Below are positions 40,336-51,915 of a stretch of 64,000 bases of DNA, piece by piece. The position numbers were made by a program, and so were the translations under genes. The notes beneath the pieces are model-generated. The model did not search any database. It was given only the letters and a program-made list of their open reading frames with translations, and was not told the origin of the DNA. This DNA is from an uncultured delta proteobacterium (GTDB lineage: Bacteria; Desulfobacterota; RBG-13-43-22), in NCBI GenBank assembly GCA_963790475.1, contig CAWBOS010000006.1:256001-320000 (forward strand), given 5' to 3'. The stretch's first letter is position 1. Each line of letters opens with the position of its first letter.

Positions 40336-40841
40336 AAATTCCTTCTTATTTTATTCGGTTGTAAAAACATCTTTTCCTGACCGGTCAATTTAAGGTCCAA
40401 AAGACTTTTCTGGGCTTTGGCTTATCATATCAGAAATGAAGCAAATTAAACAGTCAGTTATGGTGGACCGGTTCAAAATCCTATCGCAAGGTCTGCCATA
40501 GGCAGGGACTGATGGAATAGAATTTCAATTCACTTCAAGTGGCTATAGAATCCCCAAGGCAGGATTACCCGGCTCGCGAAAAGTTGTCTTCCATTTATGG
40601 AGACGTTATCCGCTATGACGTTTCGGTAAAAAGCCGTTGAGCGCTTATCCCGAGGGACCCCGGTAAAGGTCCGGGACTGGTGCTTTTATTAGTAACTATA
40701 TAATATTATTTACTTTAGTATGTAATTTGGCCTCACGATCGTTCTAAGCAAAATGGATCAATCTTGGTTTTTTAAAGGCCATCAGCCGTCAATTCATAAT
40801 ATCTCAATTTTGTACTTGAATTTTAAAATTTAGTGTTTATA

Positions 40842-40868
40842 TTAGCACTATCCAAAAGGGAGTGCTAA
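40842..40868 (+). promoter_or_regulatory. CIRCE element (HrcA operator) overlapping the groES promoter
   Basis: TTAGCACTA-N9-GAGTGCTAA (one mismatch to consensus); TTGAAT-16-TATATT just upstream. Confidence 0.92.
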
Positions 40869-40904
40869 CAAGCCCTATAACTATTTAGGAAGGAGAGTGA
40901 AAGT

Positions 40905-41192
40905 ATGAAGATCAGACCATTACATGATCGGGTCATTGTTCAACGAATCGAGGAGGAAGAAAAAACCAAGGGTGGAATTATTATCCCGGATACCGCCAAG
41001 GAAAAACCCCAGGAAGGCAAGGTTATTGCCGTAGGACCAGGGAAGATATTGGAAAACGGGACCAAGACTACGCTTGATGTCAAAGTGGGGGACAAGATTT
41101 TATTCGGAAAATATTCCGGGACCGAAATTAAGATCGAGGGCGAAGAATATTTAATGATGCGAGAAGAAGATATCTTAGGAGTGATTGAATAA
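40905..41192 (+). CDS. groES: Co-chaperonin GroES
   Basis: [26 protein letters not shown]. Confidence 0.98.
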   Translation: MKIRPLHDRVIVQRIEEEEKTKGGIIIPDTAKEKPQEGKVIAVGPGKILENGTKTTLDVKVGDKILFGKYSGTEIKIEGEEYLMMREEDILGVIE

Positions 41193-42839
<1,647 letters not shown>

Positions 42840-42866
42840 TTCTGGAACCAAAAGGTAGTTTGTCTG

Positions 42867-42897
42867 AAAAGCCCCCTGGTCTCAGGGGGCTTTTTTT
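42867..42897 (+). terminator. Rho-independent terminator of groESL
   Basis: AAAAGCCCCCTG-gtct-CAGGGGGCTTTTTTT. Confidence 0.9.
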
Positions 42898-42972
42898 ATT
42901 GTAATTCTCTTGACTTCCGCCTCAATTTTTGTTAAATAGTGCCTCATCCCACCTTTAATAGAGAGGGAAAAG

Positions 42973-43629
42973 ATGGCCTTACCTTTCGTAACCATCCTTA
43001 TTGGAGCCCTTTTGCTGTGCCCTTCCCACCTATGGGCCAAGACCATGTTTATTACCGACCGAATAGAACTTAGCCTGCGCTCCGGGATTGGATTGGAGTA
43101 TCGTGCTTTGACCATGGTAAAAACCGGTGACCGCGTCGAGGTCCTTGAAGGGGATAAGAACTGGTCGAAGGTCAAACTACCCAATGGAACAACAGGCTGG
43201 ATCAACACCTGTTTTTTGGTAGATCAAGTCAAGACGGTTTCTTCCCAGGATCCGAAATTACAGGAAGATCTGCGTGGGATGAAAGAAACCAATCAAAACC
43301 TGGTCCGGGAAAAAGAAATACTTATTCAGGAAAAAGACAGGTTGCTCAAAGAACTTGAAGAGGCCAAGAACCAGACCCAGACCCTCAATCAGGAAAATAG
43401 TAAACGGAATTCCCCTGAACTTTCCGCCCTGAAAACAAAGAATGAAGAATTAGAAAAAGAAGTCGCGCAATATAAGGAACAGATCGACCATGTCGATCAA
43501 AAGGGAAAAGCCGGGAGCAACGAAGAACAGATCAAATGGTTTTTAATTGGGTCGGTCGTGCTGGTTGTGGGACTACTACTAGGCTGGTTTTTGAGCCGGA
43601 GCCGGCGCAAACCGCACCGGTACTATTAA
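42973..43629 (+). CDS. SH3-domain coiled-coil membrane-anchored protein (YgiM/TIGR04211-like)
   Basis: Signal peptide, FITD..LRSG..YR..V..G..VEVL..WSKV..GW, coiled coil, C-terminal WFLIGSVVL TM. Confidence 0.82.
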   Translation: MALPFVTILIGALLLCPSHLWAKTMFITDRIELSLRSGIGLEYRALTMVKTGDRVEVLEGDKNWSKVKLPNGTTGWINTCFLVDQVKTVSSQDPKLQEDLRGMKETNQNLVREKEILIQEKDRLLKELEEAKNQTQTLNQENSKRNSPELSALKTKNEELEKEVAQYKEQIDHVDQKGKAGSNEEQIKWFLIGSVVLVVGLLLGWFLSRSRRKPHRYY

Positions 43630-43724
43630 AATAAAAGAGCTGAGGGTACAAGAACCTTAAGGTGTCAAGTGAAAGCCCCCCCTGGATTGTAAAATACTTG
43701 TACCCCGTTTCCGTTTAGGCCATT

Positions 43725-44354
43725 TCAATTTTTTTTTGGTAAAATTCGAACATCCACCAGGCCTTTAAGTAATTCCGCAAACTTCCTGGCATCCTCCTCC
43801 GTCCCCACTATGGCCCCATAGTGCATGGGAATGGCAATTTTCGGTTTCAGGACCTTGGCCGCTTCCGCGGCTTCTTGAGCAGTCATGACATAAGTCCCGG
43901 AAACCGGAAGAAAAGCAATGTCGGCTTTAATTTCTTTCATCTCCGGAATGAAATCCGCATCCCCCGTATGATACACTCGCACTCCCTCCAGGGTAACGAT
44001 AAATCCCAGCCAGCCCTTGGCCTTGACATGAAAATCCTTATTGGTGTTATAAGAAGGGACCGCCTCAATGGCTATTCCCTGAATGGTTTTGGTTTCGCCG
44101 GGTTTAAGGATCTCGATTTTCCCGGTAAGCTTTTTCGCAGAATCCGCTTCGGTCACAATAATCGTGTCCTTGGTTTGGATTTTTTTAACGTCATCCGGTG
44201 AACAGTGATCGAAATGATCATGGCTGATCAGGATAATATCCGCTGCCGGCCCGCCTGCGATTTGAAAGGGGTCAAAATAGATGACCTTTTTATTTTGGTA
44301 CAAAATGCCGTCGTGCCCTAACCAGGACAGTTTTTTAAATACTTCTTCTATCAT
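43725..44354 (-). CDS. Metallo-beta-lactamase-fold hydrolase (UlaG/YtkL-like)
   Basis: WLGH, SHDHFDH, YHTGD, PMHYG. Confidence 0.88.
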   Translation of the reverse strand: MIEEVFKKLSWLGHDGILYQNKKVIYFDPFQIAGGPAADIILISHDHFDHCSPDDVKKIQTKDTIIVTEADSAKKLTGKIEILKPGETKTIQGIAIEAVPSYNTNKDFHVKAKGWLGFIVTLEGVRVYHTGDADFIPEMKEIKADIAFLPVSGTYVMTAQEAAEAAKVLKPKIAIPMHYGAIVGTEEDARKFAELLKGLVDVRILPKKN

Positions 44355-44553
44355 AAAGCACCTCCTCCACGTTCACTTTTCTTCCAGAATAATTTTATGA
44401 TTGACCAATGATAGTTGCTTGATTCTGCCATCTAAGAACCCTATTTTCATGACCTGCTTTTCTTCAAGAAACCCATTAGTGTTTTAATGAAGGAAGTATA
44501 AAATGAAGGGGACTTGGTAGTCAAGGGGATAAATAAATAATGGGGAAATAAAC

Positions 44554-44713
44554 TTGATGAATCGTAAGGGGTCATCTTCAGGCGCAGGCGAGAATCCGCC
44601 CCCTACGAAACCAATTGAAACACGGGGGGATTCTCGCTCCCCGATCCGGGGCAGGACCGGTTTCACCCGAATGATTTAACCGGGCCTTCGGCGACTTTTT
44701 AAGAATGCATCAA
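44554..44713. mobile_element. Nested palindromic MITE/REP-like element
   Basis: Outer imperfect IR TTGATGAATCGTAAGGGGTC / GACTTTTTAAGAATGCATCAA; inner perfect IR GCGAGAATCC(44588)/GGATTCTCGC(44628); REP-like CGCCCCCTAC. Confidence 0.5.
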
Positions 44714-44819
44714 TCTTGAGCTTTGAACTTGACCCTTTTGATGAAATGTTATTATATGAATTTTTACCCTATAGTTCCAAAAGAAGTCAAAAATCCGGAA
44801 TCAAAAAGAGGCTAGTCTG

Positions 44820-45857
44820 ATGAACATTACATCGATATTGCTGTTGTTCGGAGGGGGAGTCGTGGTCGGACTTTTTTCTTCCCATCCTGTTGAAGCTTCT
44901 TAATTTCCAATTCTTCACCGACCTGACGGCCCTGGTGACCCGCCGGCTGGCCAGTCTGTCGGCTGGGATTGGACGTTTTTTTCGAAACCGTGGGGATTAC
45001 GGGGGGATGGAGGCCTTGGTCTCCCGGCAAGTGGATCCCCGGGAGCAGCAAATAAACGATTCGGCACAGGAAATCCGGACCATCCTGCTGATCCTGACAG
45101 GCCTTCTCCGGCGAAGCAGCCAGGCGGCCAGTGATTCTTCTTCAACCCCTGGAGATGCCGCACCACCATTGACGACCTGCAGCCTCTTCAAAATCTGGGT
45201 AAGGTTCATGATCTCCTTATCCGGGAGATTGACCGGGTAATCTCCAGCAACATGACTCTGAAAGAAGAACTGGCCCGCTCCCAGGAAAGTCTGGAGGCGC
45301 AGCGCAAACAAATCGATAACCTTAAAACCGCCGTCCGAATTGACGGTCTGACCCAGCTTGCCAATCGGGTGTATTTCGACGAGAAGCTGATTGAGATGGT
45401 TAATTTGCAAAACCGTTATCAGGACCCGTTTTCATTACTGATGATCGATGTGGACAATTTTAAGGTGATCAACGACTCCCTCGGCCACCAGGCCGGTGAC
45501 CGTATTCTCAAGGGGATCGCTTTAAAACTAAAAGCCAGTATCCGGGAAAGTGACTTTATGGCCCGCTTCGGAGGTGATGAGTTCGCCCTTATTCTCTCCA
45601 AGACACAGAATCCACCGGCGATTGAGGTGGGATGGAAGATATGCCGTTCCATGGAAGAGAGCCGTTTTCTCTTGGACAGAAAGGAGTTCTCTGTAACACT
45701 TTCCCTCGGGGTTACCGAGATGGCGGCTGGTGACACACCGGAGACCCTGGTCAATCGGGCTGATCGGGCCCTTTACCAAGCCAAGCAAGAGGGACGAAAT
45801 AGAGCGATAATGGCTCCCCTCCCTCCGGAAACTTCCGCTGGTCCCGGGGAAGATTAG
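44820..45857 (+). pseudogene. Diguanylate cyclase with two apparent frameshifts in the N-terminal part (about 44875 and 45160)
   Basis: Intact GGDEF domain at 45252-45857 (DGLTQLANR, DVDNFK, RESD I-site, RFGGDEF); TM and coiled-coil N-terminus split across frames. Confidence 0.75.
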
Positions 45858-45982
45858 CCAAGGTAAACACCTCCCGCCCATTTTGGGCAGGATACAAAAC
45901 TATTTCACATCTCAAAATCAATTCCTTTCCTCATTCGATGAAAGAAGGGGGTGGGGGATTAAAAGAAGGAGAGCCGAATCTA

Positions 45983-46912
45983 ATGAAAAAAGCGGTATAT
46001 CATGGCATTTGTGATTTGCGGATTGAAGAGGTGCCCGAACCCATGCCCGGACCGGGACAAGTAAAGGTCAAGGTTAAATATTGTGGTATTTGCGGATCGG
46101 ATTTGCACGAATACCTTCATGGGCCATTTCCTCAAAGTCCCTTTGGCCATGAGGCTTGCGGCCTAATCGTTGAAATCGGCCAAGGGGTGAGCGGATTTCA
46201 AAAAGGAGATCCTGTGCTGGCATTCCAAAAAGGGGCTTATGCCGAATACCTGGTATTGCCTAAAGAAAGGGTGATCAGAAAACCCGAGGATATGAGCTGG
46301 GACCGGGCTGCCGTAGTCGAACCTTTGTCCGGGGCTGCTTATGCCATCGAAAAAGGAGGTATCCGAACGGACGATACCGTCCTGATCGCCGGTTGCGGCC
46401 CGGTGGGGCTTATGGCCCTGCTGGGTCTCAAAGCGATGGGTCTGGAGAAAATTTATATGACGGATCCTTCGGAAGCAAGAAGAAAAAAAGCCGAAGAGCT
46501 GGGGGCAACCCTGGTTTTGAATCCTCTGATCGACAAAATCCCTCCTCAGATCAAAGGACTTTCCGGCGGCCGGGGTGTGGATGTAGCCATTGAGGCCGTG
46601 GGTATCGAAGCCACCCTGAAGGATTGCCTGGCGTCCGTCCGCTATCAGGGCAAGGTCATTGTTCAGGGAATTTTTACCGACCGGGCTGCCGTGCATATGC
46701 TCGGATTTGTCACCCGGGAGACGACCATGATCGGTACCAACTCCATCAATCCTGCCTTGGCTATGGCCTGGATCGAGACCAAAAAGATCCGGCCGGAGTT
46801 GATTATCACCAAGATTATTCCTTTGGAGCAGATCTCCGAGGGCTTTGAAGCCTTGGCCCAGAAAACGAAGGAGCAGATCAAGATCCTGGTAGCACCGGAA
46901 ATGAAGACTTAA
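45983..46912 (+). CDS. Zinc-dependent MDR dehydrogenase (butanediol/sorbitol DH-like), structural Zn lobe missing
   Basis: CGICGSDLH, GHE, VEP, GCGPVG; start at ATG 45983 after AAGGAG. Confidence 0.85.
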   Translation: MKKAVYHGICDLRIEEVPEPMPGPGQVKVKVKYCGICGSDLHEYLHGPFPQSPFGHEACGLIVEIGQGVSGFQKGDPVLAFQKGAYAEYLVLPKERVIRKPEDMSWDRAAVVEPLSGAAYAIEKGGIRTDDTVLIAGCGPVGLMALLGLKAMGLEKIYMTDPSEARRKKAEELGATLVLNPLIDKIPPQIKGLSGGRGVDVAIEAVGIEATLKDCLASVRYQGKVIVQGIFTDRAAVHMLGFVTRETTMIGTNSINPALAMAWIETKKIRPELIITKIIPLEQISEGFEALAQKTKEQIKILVAPEMKT

Positions 46913-47089
46913 ACTTCAAGGCCGTATCGATGCTTTTTATTGGCTTTGACCTCTCCTTAATCTTTTGCTTTTTTTCAGGAAAAAAAACAGAAGGGAAAGA
47001 GGCCGGTGGCTGACCCTTTTCCTTCTGTTTCCGTAAATAATTCGTCACCAAGTCATTTCTCCGACATGCAATCCCATTTTTCCAATTTC

Positions 47090-47412
47090 GTCAAGCCAAC
47101 CCGGGAAAGGTAACCTATGCCACACCCGGAACAGGGACAAGCCTCCATCTCACCATGGAAATGTTGGCCCTTAAACAAGGCATCCAATGGACCCATGTTC
47201 CATTCAAAGGAAATGCGGAAACAACCGAGGCCGTTTTAGCCGGTCAGGTTACGGTTGCCGCCGATGCCTCCGGGTGGGGTCCTAAGGTTGAATCCGGAGA
47301 CCTTCGCCTTTTGGTTACCTGGGGGGACAATCGATCTGCCCGATGGCATAATGTCCCCATCTTAGCTATATATAAAGCCCCCTCGTTGACCCTGTTCGCC
47401 GCCTTGAACTGA
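47090..47412 (+). pseudogene. Internal fragment of a Bug/TctC tripartite tricarboxylate transporter receptor
   Basis: ANPGKVTYATPGTGTSLHLTME..HVPFKG..AVLAGQV..G.LRLL; no N- or C-terminus. Confidence 0.75.
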
Positions 47413-47610
47413 AGGGTCAGCGAGGGGGGGCTGATTTTTAGCCTGTTTTTTCTTTCTGCCCTGTTGTCCCAACAAAAAAGGCTGTCATTTCCATCCCACC
47501 CATAAAATCTTGTTGACTTTTCTATGATATTTTTATTTGATGAAGAGAGACAATCCATAAAACGGAATTAAGGACTAAAAAAGCTCTACCATTCTTGAAA
47601 GGGAGGAACA

Positions 47611-49110
47611 ATGAGAACCAAAGAACAGTATATCCAGGGTCTATCCAAGATGAAGAGGAATATTTATTTTGACGGCCAGCGGATCGACCGAACAGACGAG
47701 CTCCAGCAGGACTGCTTCAGTACCATCGGCACCACCTATGATGAAGCCGCCAAGCCGGAGAACCAGGACCTGTGCACGGCCATCTCCCATCTTACGGGAG
47801 AAAGAATCAACCGCTTCACCCATGTCCATCAAAATACTGAAGACCTGCACCGGAAGCAGGACATGACCCGCATGCTCTGCCAGAAGGTGGGAGGCTGTAT
47901 CCAGCGCTGCATGGGAATCGACGGTACCAACGCCGTTTACAATGTTTCTTACGAGGCGGATAAACAGAACAACGGGGCCACCCAATATCATGAGAACTTT
48001 AAGAAGTGGCTGACCCGCTTCCAGACCGAAGACCTGGTGGGGTGCTGTGCCCAAACGGATGTCAAGGGAGACCGGCTGCAAAGGCCGGCCGATCAGGAGA
48101 ATCCGGACGCTTATGTGCGGATCAAGGAGAGACGCAAGGACGGCATCGTGGTCAGCGGCTGCAAGGTCCACATTTCAGAGGCCTCCGTGGCCGACGAGGT
48201 ACTGGTGCTCCCCACCCGGGCTTTGCGACCCGAGGATAAGGATTATGCCGTGGCCTTCGCCGTTCCCGGTGACTGGGACGGGTTGAAGCAGGTGGTTACC
48301 ATTCACAACCTCCGCTCCAGAGAACATTTCAAGCGGGGATTTGTTCCGGGTGCTACAGATTCTTACATGATTTTTGACGACTGCTTCGTCCCCTGGGAAC
48401 GGGTCTTCCTGGCCGGCGAATGGCAGCATGGAGGGGTATTGGCCCTGCTATTCGCCCTGTTCCATCGTCACTCTTATTCGGGCTGCAAACCGGCTATCGG
48501 GGATGTCTTGCTGGGTACCGCAGCCCTGGCCGCTGAAGTGAACAATATCCATAAAGCCTCTCATGTCCGGGAGAAACTGGCCGAGATCATCATGACCACC
48601 GAATTGGGTTATGCCGCCGGATACACGGCCTCCGACCTGGGAAAGCCGGAGGTCTATATGCCCGGGGTGGGCTTTGTACCCTACGGCCCCGGCTCCTATA
48701 TCCCCAATTCAATCTACTGCAACGTCGGCCGCTGTTTGACCGGTGAGGCGGTTTATCGGGAAACGGAGATCCTTTGCGATCTGGCCGGCGGTGTGGTGGC
48801 TACCTTCCCTCATGAGAAAGACTTTGTTAATCCGGATATCAAGAATCTGCTTCTCAAGTACACCAAGCGTAATCCAAAGATGGCCGTGGAGGATCAGGCC
48901 CAGTTCTGGCGTTACCTGGGGGATATGATGTGTTCGGCTACAGGCGGGATCAATAACGTGGGCAATTACCACGGAGGCGGCTCTCCGATAATGGAACAGA
49001 TCGCCATCACCACCCAGTACGACATTGAGGCCAGGAAGAAACTGGTTAAGTATATTGCCGGAATGAGCGGGGGAGACCGCGAGGCCATGACCAGGCTTGG
49101 AAAAAAGTAA
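47611..49110 (+). CDS. 4-hydroxybutyryl-CoA dehydratase (AbfD)-like FAD/[4Fe-4S] protein
   Basis: INRFTH, GGCIQRCMGID, QTDVKGDR, FVPWERVF, FHRHSYSGCK, HGGGSP. Confidence 0.8.
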   Translation: MRTKEQYIQGLSKMKRNIYFDGQRIDRTDELQQDCFSTIGTTYDEAAKPENQDLCTAISHLTGERINRFTHVHQNTEDLHRKQDMTRMLCQKVGGCIQRCMGIDGTNAVYNVSYEADKQNNGATQYHENFKKWLTRFQTEDLVGCCAQTDVKGDRLQRPADQENPDAYVRIKERRKDGIVVSGCKVHISEASVADEVLVLPTRALRPEDKDYAVAFAVPGDWDGLKQVVTIHNLRSREHFKRGFVPGATDSYMIFDDCFVPWERVFLAGEWQHGGVLALLFALFHRHSYSGCKPAIGDVLLGTAALAAEVNNIHKASHVREKLAEIIMTTELGYAAGYTASDLGKPEVYMPGVGFVPYGPGSYIPNSIYCNVGRCLTGEAVYRETEILCDLAGGVVATFPHEKDFVNPDIKNLLLKYTKRNPKMAVEDQAQFWRYLGDMMCSATGGINNVGNYHGGGSPIMEQIAITTQYDIEARKKLVKYIAGMSGGDREAMTRLGKK

Positions 49111-49152
49111 TCCCAAATCGCAGTACAAATAAATTATAGGCTTAAGTTTATC

Positions 49153-49190
49153 GTGCCCCTTCCCGTTAGATCGGTAAGGGGCACTTTTTT
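49153..49190 (+). terminator. Rho-independent terminator
   Basis: GTGCCCCTT...AAGGGGCAC-TTTTTT. Confidence 0.75.
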
Positions 49191-49241
49191 CCCCCCTGCG
49201 TTGGTATAGACACTATCAGAATGAATCGCGGATAAGGAAGG

Positions 49242-50291
49242 GTGATGACCATGCGGGACAAACCTTGTTTTGCCGGGACGATGATGGGGGCGGTGCCTTA
49301 TCGGGAAATGGACCGGGCCTCTGAAGTTATTCTGAAATGCCTTCCGGAGGCGCCAAGTCTTCCGATCATGACCAGAGGCATCCGCTGGATGCTGGAGGGC
49401 ATACCCTGTCTGGTGTTCGACCGGGAAAGACGTATCGTTTATTTCGACCTGTCAACGGAAAGAGAAGGAGAAATTCTGGATTTCTATGACCGGATTGAGG
49501 CCGACGATTTGGACTATTTCGCCACTACCTCAAAAACAGCTCCATTTTTTTATCATATGATGGAGCGGATACAGAGTTCCCGGCCTTCCGGACTCAAATG
49601 GGTGGTTTTCCATACCTCCGGACCGTTGTTGTTTGGCGACATGCTCAAACAGGCCGACGGTACCCCTTCGATCCACAATGAAACCCTGCGGGATATCCTG
49701 ATCAAAGGACTGAACGCCAAAGCCCGGTGGCTGGAAAAAAAGATCAGGGCGGAAATCCCGGACGTTGAGGTGGTGGCTGATTTGCCGGAAACCACCCTGG
49801 TCAATTTTACTTCCTCGGCCGGAACCGGATCCCGGAAAGAAATTATTGAGGCCATCAACTTGAGCTTTGAAAATATAAACGGCCTGGCCTGGGTTCACTG
49901 CTGCGCTAATATCGATTGGTCGCTCCTATTCGAATCCCAGGTGCAAGTCGTCAATTTCGACGCCTACCAGCATGCCGAGAATGTCGCCCTTTATGCCAAG
50001 GAGGTCCAATCCTTCTTGAAGCGGGGAGGGATGTTGGGCTGGGGTATTGTCCCGGTGGTCAGCGATCATCTCCAGGGAGAAAATAGCGAGAGTCTTATTC
50101 AAAGGCTGGAGCAAGGGATCGAACGTCTGGTGCGGCAAGGGATCGATGAAAGGACCCTGGCCGAGTCTTCCTGGGTCCTGCCTTCCTGCGAGACGGTTCT
50201 TCTCACTCCAGAAGAGTCCGATCGGGCTTTAAAAATAACCAGTGAGATTTCTCGAGCGATGAAAAAGAAGTACGGCTTCGAACATCGTTGA
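49242..50291 (+). CDS. MetE catalytic-domain-like (core cobalamin-independent methionine synthase-like) protein
   Basis: GAVP, GP, WVHCCAN (HxC), NFDAY, WGIVP, LPSC; single barrel. Confidence 0.65.
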   Translation: MMTMRDKPCFAGTMMGAVPYREMDRASEVILKCLPEAPSLPIMTRGIRWMLEGIPCLVFDRERRIVYFDLSTEREGEILDFYDRIEADDLDYFATTSKTAPFFYHMMERIQSSRPSGLKWVVFHTSGPLLFGDMLKQADGTPSIHNETLRDILIKGLNAKARWLEKKIRAEIPDVEVVADLPETTLVNFTSSAGTGSRKEIIEAINLSFENINGLAWVHCCANIDWSLLFESQVQVVNFDAYQHAENVALYAKEVQSFLKRGGMLGWGIVPVVSDHLQGENSESLIQRLEQGIERLVRQGIDERTLAESSWVLPSCETVLLTPEESDRALKITSEISRAMKKKYGFEHR

Positions 50292-50314
50292 AAACAGGAC
50301 AACTTCCTTTTCTG

Positions 50315-50589
50315 CCACAGACCCACACGGACAAAAGGCGGACAGAGACTTGTCTCTCACAGAGCGCACAGAGGCGCTGAGAATAAAAATGTTTTCATTG
50401 CCAGTGAGGGTCCGGCAATGAAAAACCAGTCATGCGCTATCGCGCACTCTGGCCGAAGGCCGGAGAGGTTATGAAAAATCGGCCTCTCACCGATTTTTTA
50501 TAAAATATGGTCTTCTTTCTTTGAGAACTCTGCGGGCCCGAGTGACCGTAGGGAACGGGCGAGAGGAAAAATTAGTGCCTTTGTCTGTG
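50315..50589. repeat. Multi-hairpin nested palindromic intergenic element
   Basis: Ends CACAGAC/GTCTGTG; internal IRs TTTTCATTGCC/GGCAATGAAAA, TGCGC/GCGCA, CTCTGGCC/GGCCGGAG, TTATGAAAAATCGG/CCGATTTTTTATAA. Confidence 0.7.
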
Positions 50590-50648
50590 ACAAAAAAAAT
50601 GCTTTATTTATTAAATGGTGTAATAGGGAAGACAAACAGGGAGGAATA

Positions 50649-51506
50649 ATGCCATTCACACAGATCGATTACGAAAAGCGCGGCTCTGTGACGATCATCC
50701 GCTTCAACCGACCGAAGGTGCTCAACTGCATTGGTCTGACCACCCACCGGGAATTGGTCCAAGCCTGGTCGCAGTTCCGCGAAGACGATGAAGCTAAAGT
50801 AGCCGTCATTACCGGTATGGGTGACCGGGCTTTCTGCGCTGGAGGGGATCTCAAATCCGAAGGAGACTTGGTCCCCATGACCCCCTCGGAGATCGCTGCT
50901 CACAACCGGGGTGAGCGCCCGGGGATTCTCGGCCCCTCCCGGTGGACGGACATCTATAAGCCCATCATCGCCGCCGTCAATGGTGTCGCCTATGCCGGGG
51001 GACTCGAGTGGGCCTGTTTCGCCGATATCCGGATCGCCGAGGAGCAGGCCTCCTTCGGTGTGACCTGCCGGCGCTGGAATATCGGATTGGCTGATGGAGG
51101 CACCCAACGGCTGCCCCGGATCATCGGGATGGGCCGCGCCCTGGAGCTTATCATCACCGGCCGGGTGATTGATGCCCAGGAGGCCGAACGCATCGGCCTG
51201 GTCAGCGAAGTGGTTCCCAAGGGCAAGTCTCTGGAACGAGCCCTGGAGCTGGCCGAGTATATCTGCAGTCTTCCCCAGCCGGCCATCCGAACCGACAAGG
51301 AAGCCGCCGTCCGCGGTTTTGGGCTACCCCTTTCCGAAGGCTTAAGGATCGAGGCCGAGTGCTTCAACCGCTCTATTCATGATCCGGCTACTTTGGAGGG
51401 TCTGCGTCAGTTCAACCAGCGGGATCACCCGGATCGCCGGCGCGATCAACGGCCGCAGACACCGGGTTTGGTCAGGGATGAGGGTAGGGACGAGAGCGTG
51501 GTCTAA
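50649..51506 (+). CDS. Enoyl-CoA hydratase/isomerase
   Basis: NRPKVLN, AFCAGGDL, KPIIAAVNGVAYAGGLE, GGTQRLPR. Confidence 0.9.
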   Translation: MPFTQIDYEKRGSVTIIRFNRPKVLNCIGLTTHRELVQAWSQFREDDEAKVAVITGMGDRAFCAGGDLKSEGDLVPMTPSEIAAHNRGERPGILGPSRWTDIYKPIIAAVNGVAYAGGLEWACFADIRIAEEQASFGVTCRRWNIGLADGGTQRLPRIIGMGRALELIITGRVIDAQEAERIGLVSEVVPKGKSLERALELAEYICSLPQPAIRTDKEAAVRGFGLPLSEGLRIEAECFNRSIHDPATLEGLRQFNQRDHPDRRRDQRPQTPGLVRDEGRDESVV

Positions 51507-51681
51507 GCTCAGGGAGAAGGAAAGGATGATTTCTTAACAATCCAATGCCTCCTTATTCTGAACAGTTGCCGTGGCCTGACCTCTTTTTGGTTTTCAATGA
51601 AGCTTAAAAGAAAAAAGGCTTTGATCTCAAAGAAAAACAAGCACGATATGGCAGGAAAAAGAATTTTTAAGATGGGCCTCC

Positions 51682-51734
51682 TGACCAGATAGACTATATA
51701 GACCAAACAGACCAGAAAGACCAGAGGACCAGAA
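51682..51734. repeat. 9-mer tandem array (AGACCAGAN) of about 6 units at the left edge of the defence island
   Basis: tgaccagat agactatat agaccaaac agaccagaa agaccagag gaccagaa. Confidence 0.75.
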
Positions 51735-51845
51735 AAAGTTGACTTTAACCGTTTGTTATGGTTTATATTATAAAATTTTAATTTTGGCTTTAATGATTCC
51801 GGCAACCCCAAACCGAAAGGCTGGTCCATGAAGCAGTCCGATAAT

Positions 51846-51883
51846 ACCCCATTTTTTAATAAACGAGATGGGGTTTTTGTTTT
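51846..51883 (+). terminator. Terminator-like hairpin just upstream of hsdR
   Basis: ACCCCAT..ATGGGGT followed by TTTTGTTTT. Confidence 0.5.
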
Positions 51884-51915
51884 GGACTCTGCAAAGTATT
51901 TCATGTGATAAGAAT

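Noticed and set aside
40336-40800. Long dgt-groES intergenic region as an ncRNA or gene remnant
   Set aside because: No recognisable RNA motif, convincing long stem or protein motif could be supported by eye.
51795-51845. c-di-GMP-I riboswitch (GGCAA..GAAA..)
   Set aside because: It lacks the GGCAAAC..GACGCAAAGC core and second stem; kept only as an unassigned leader.
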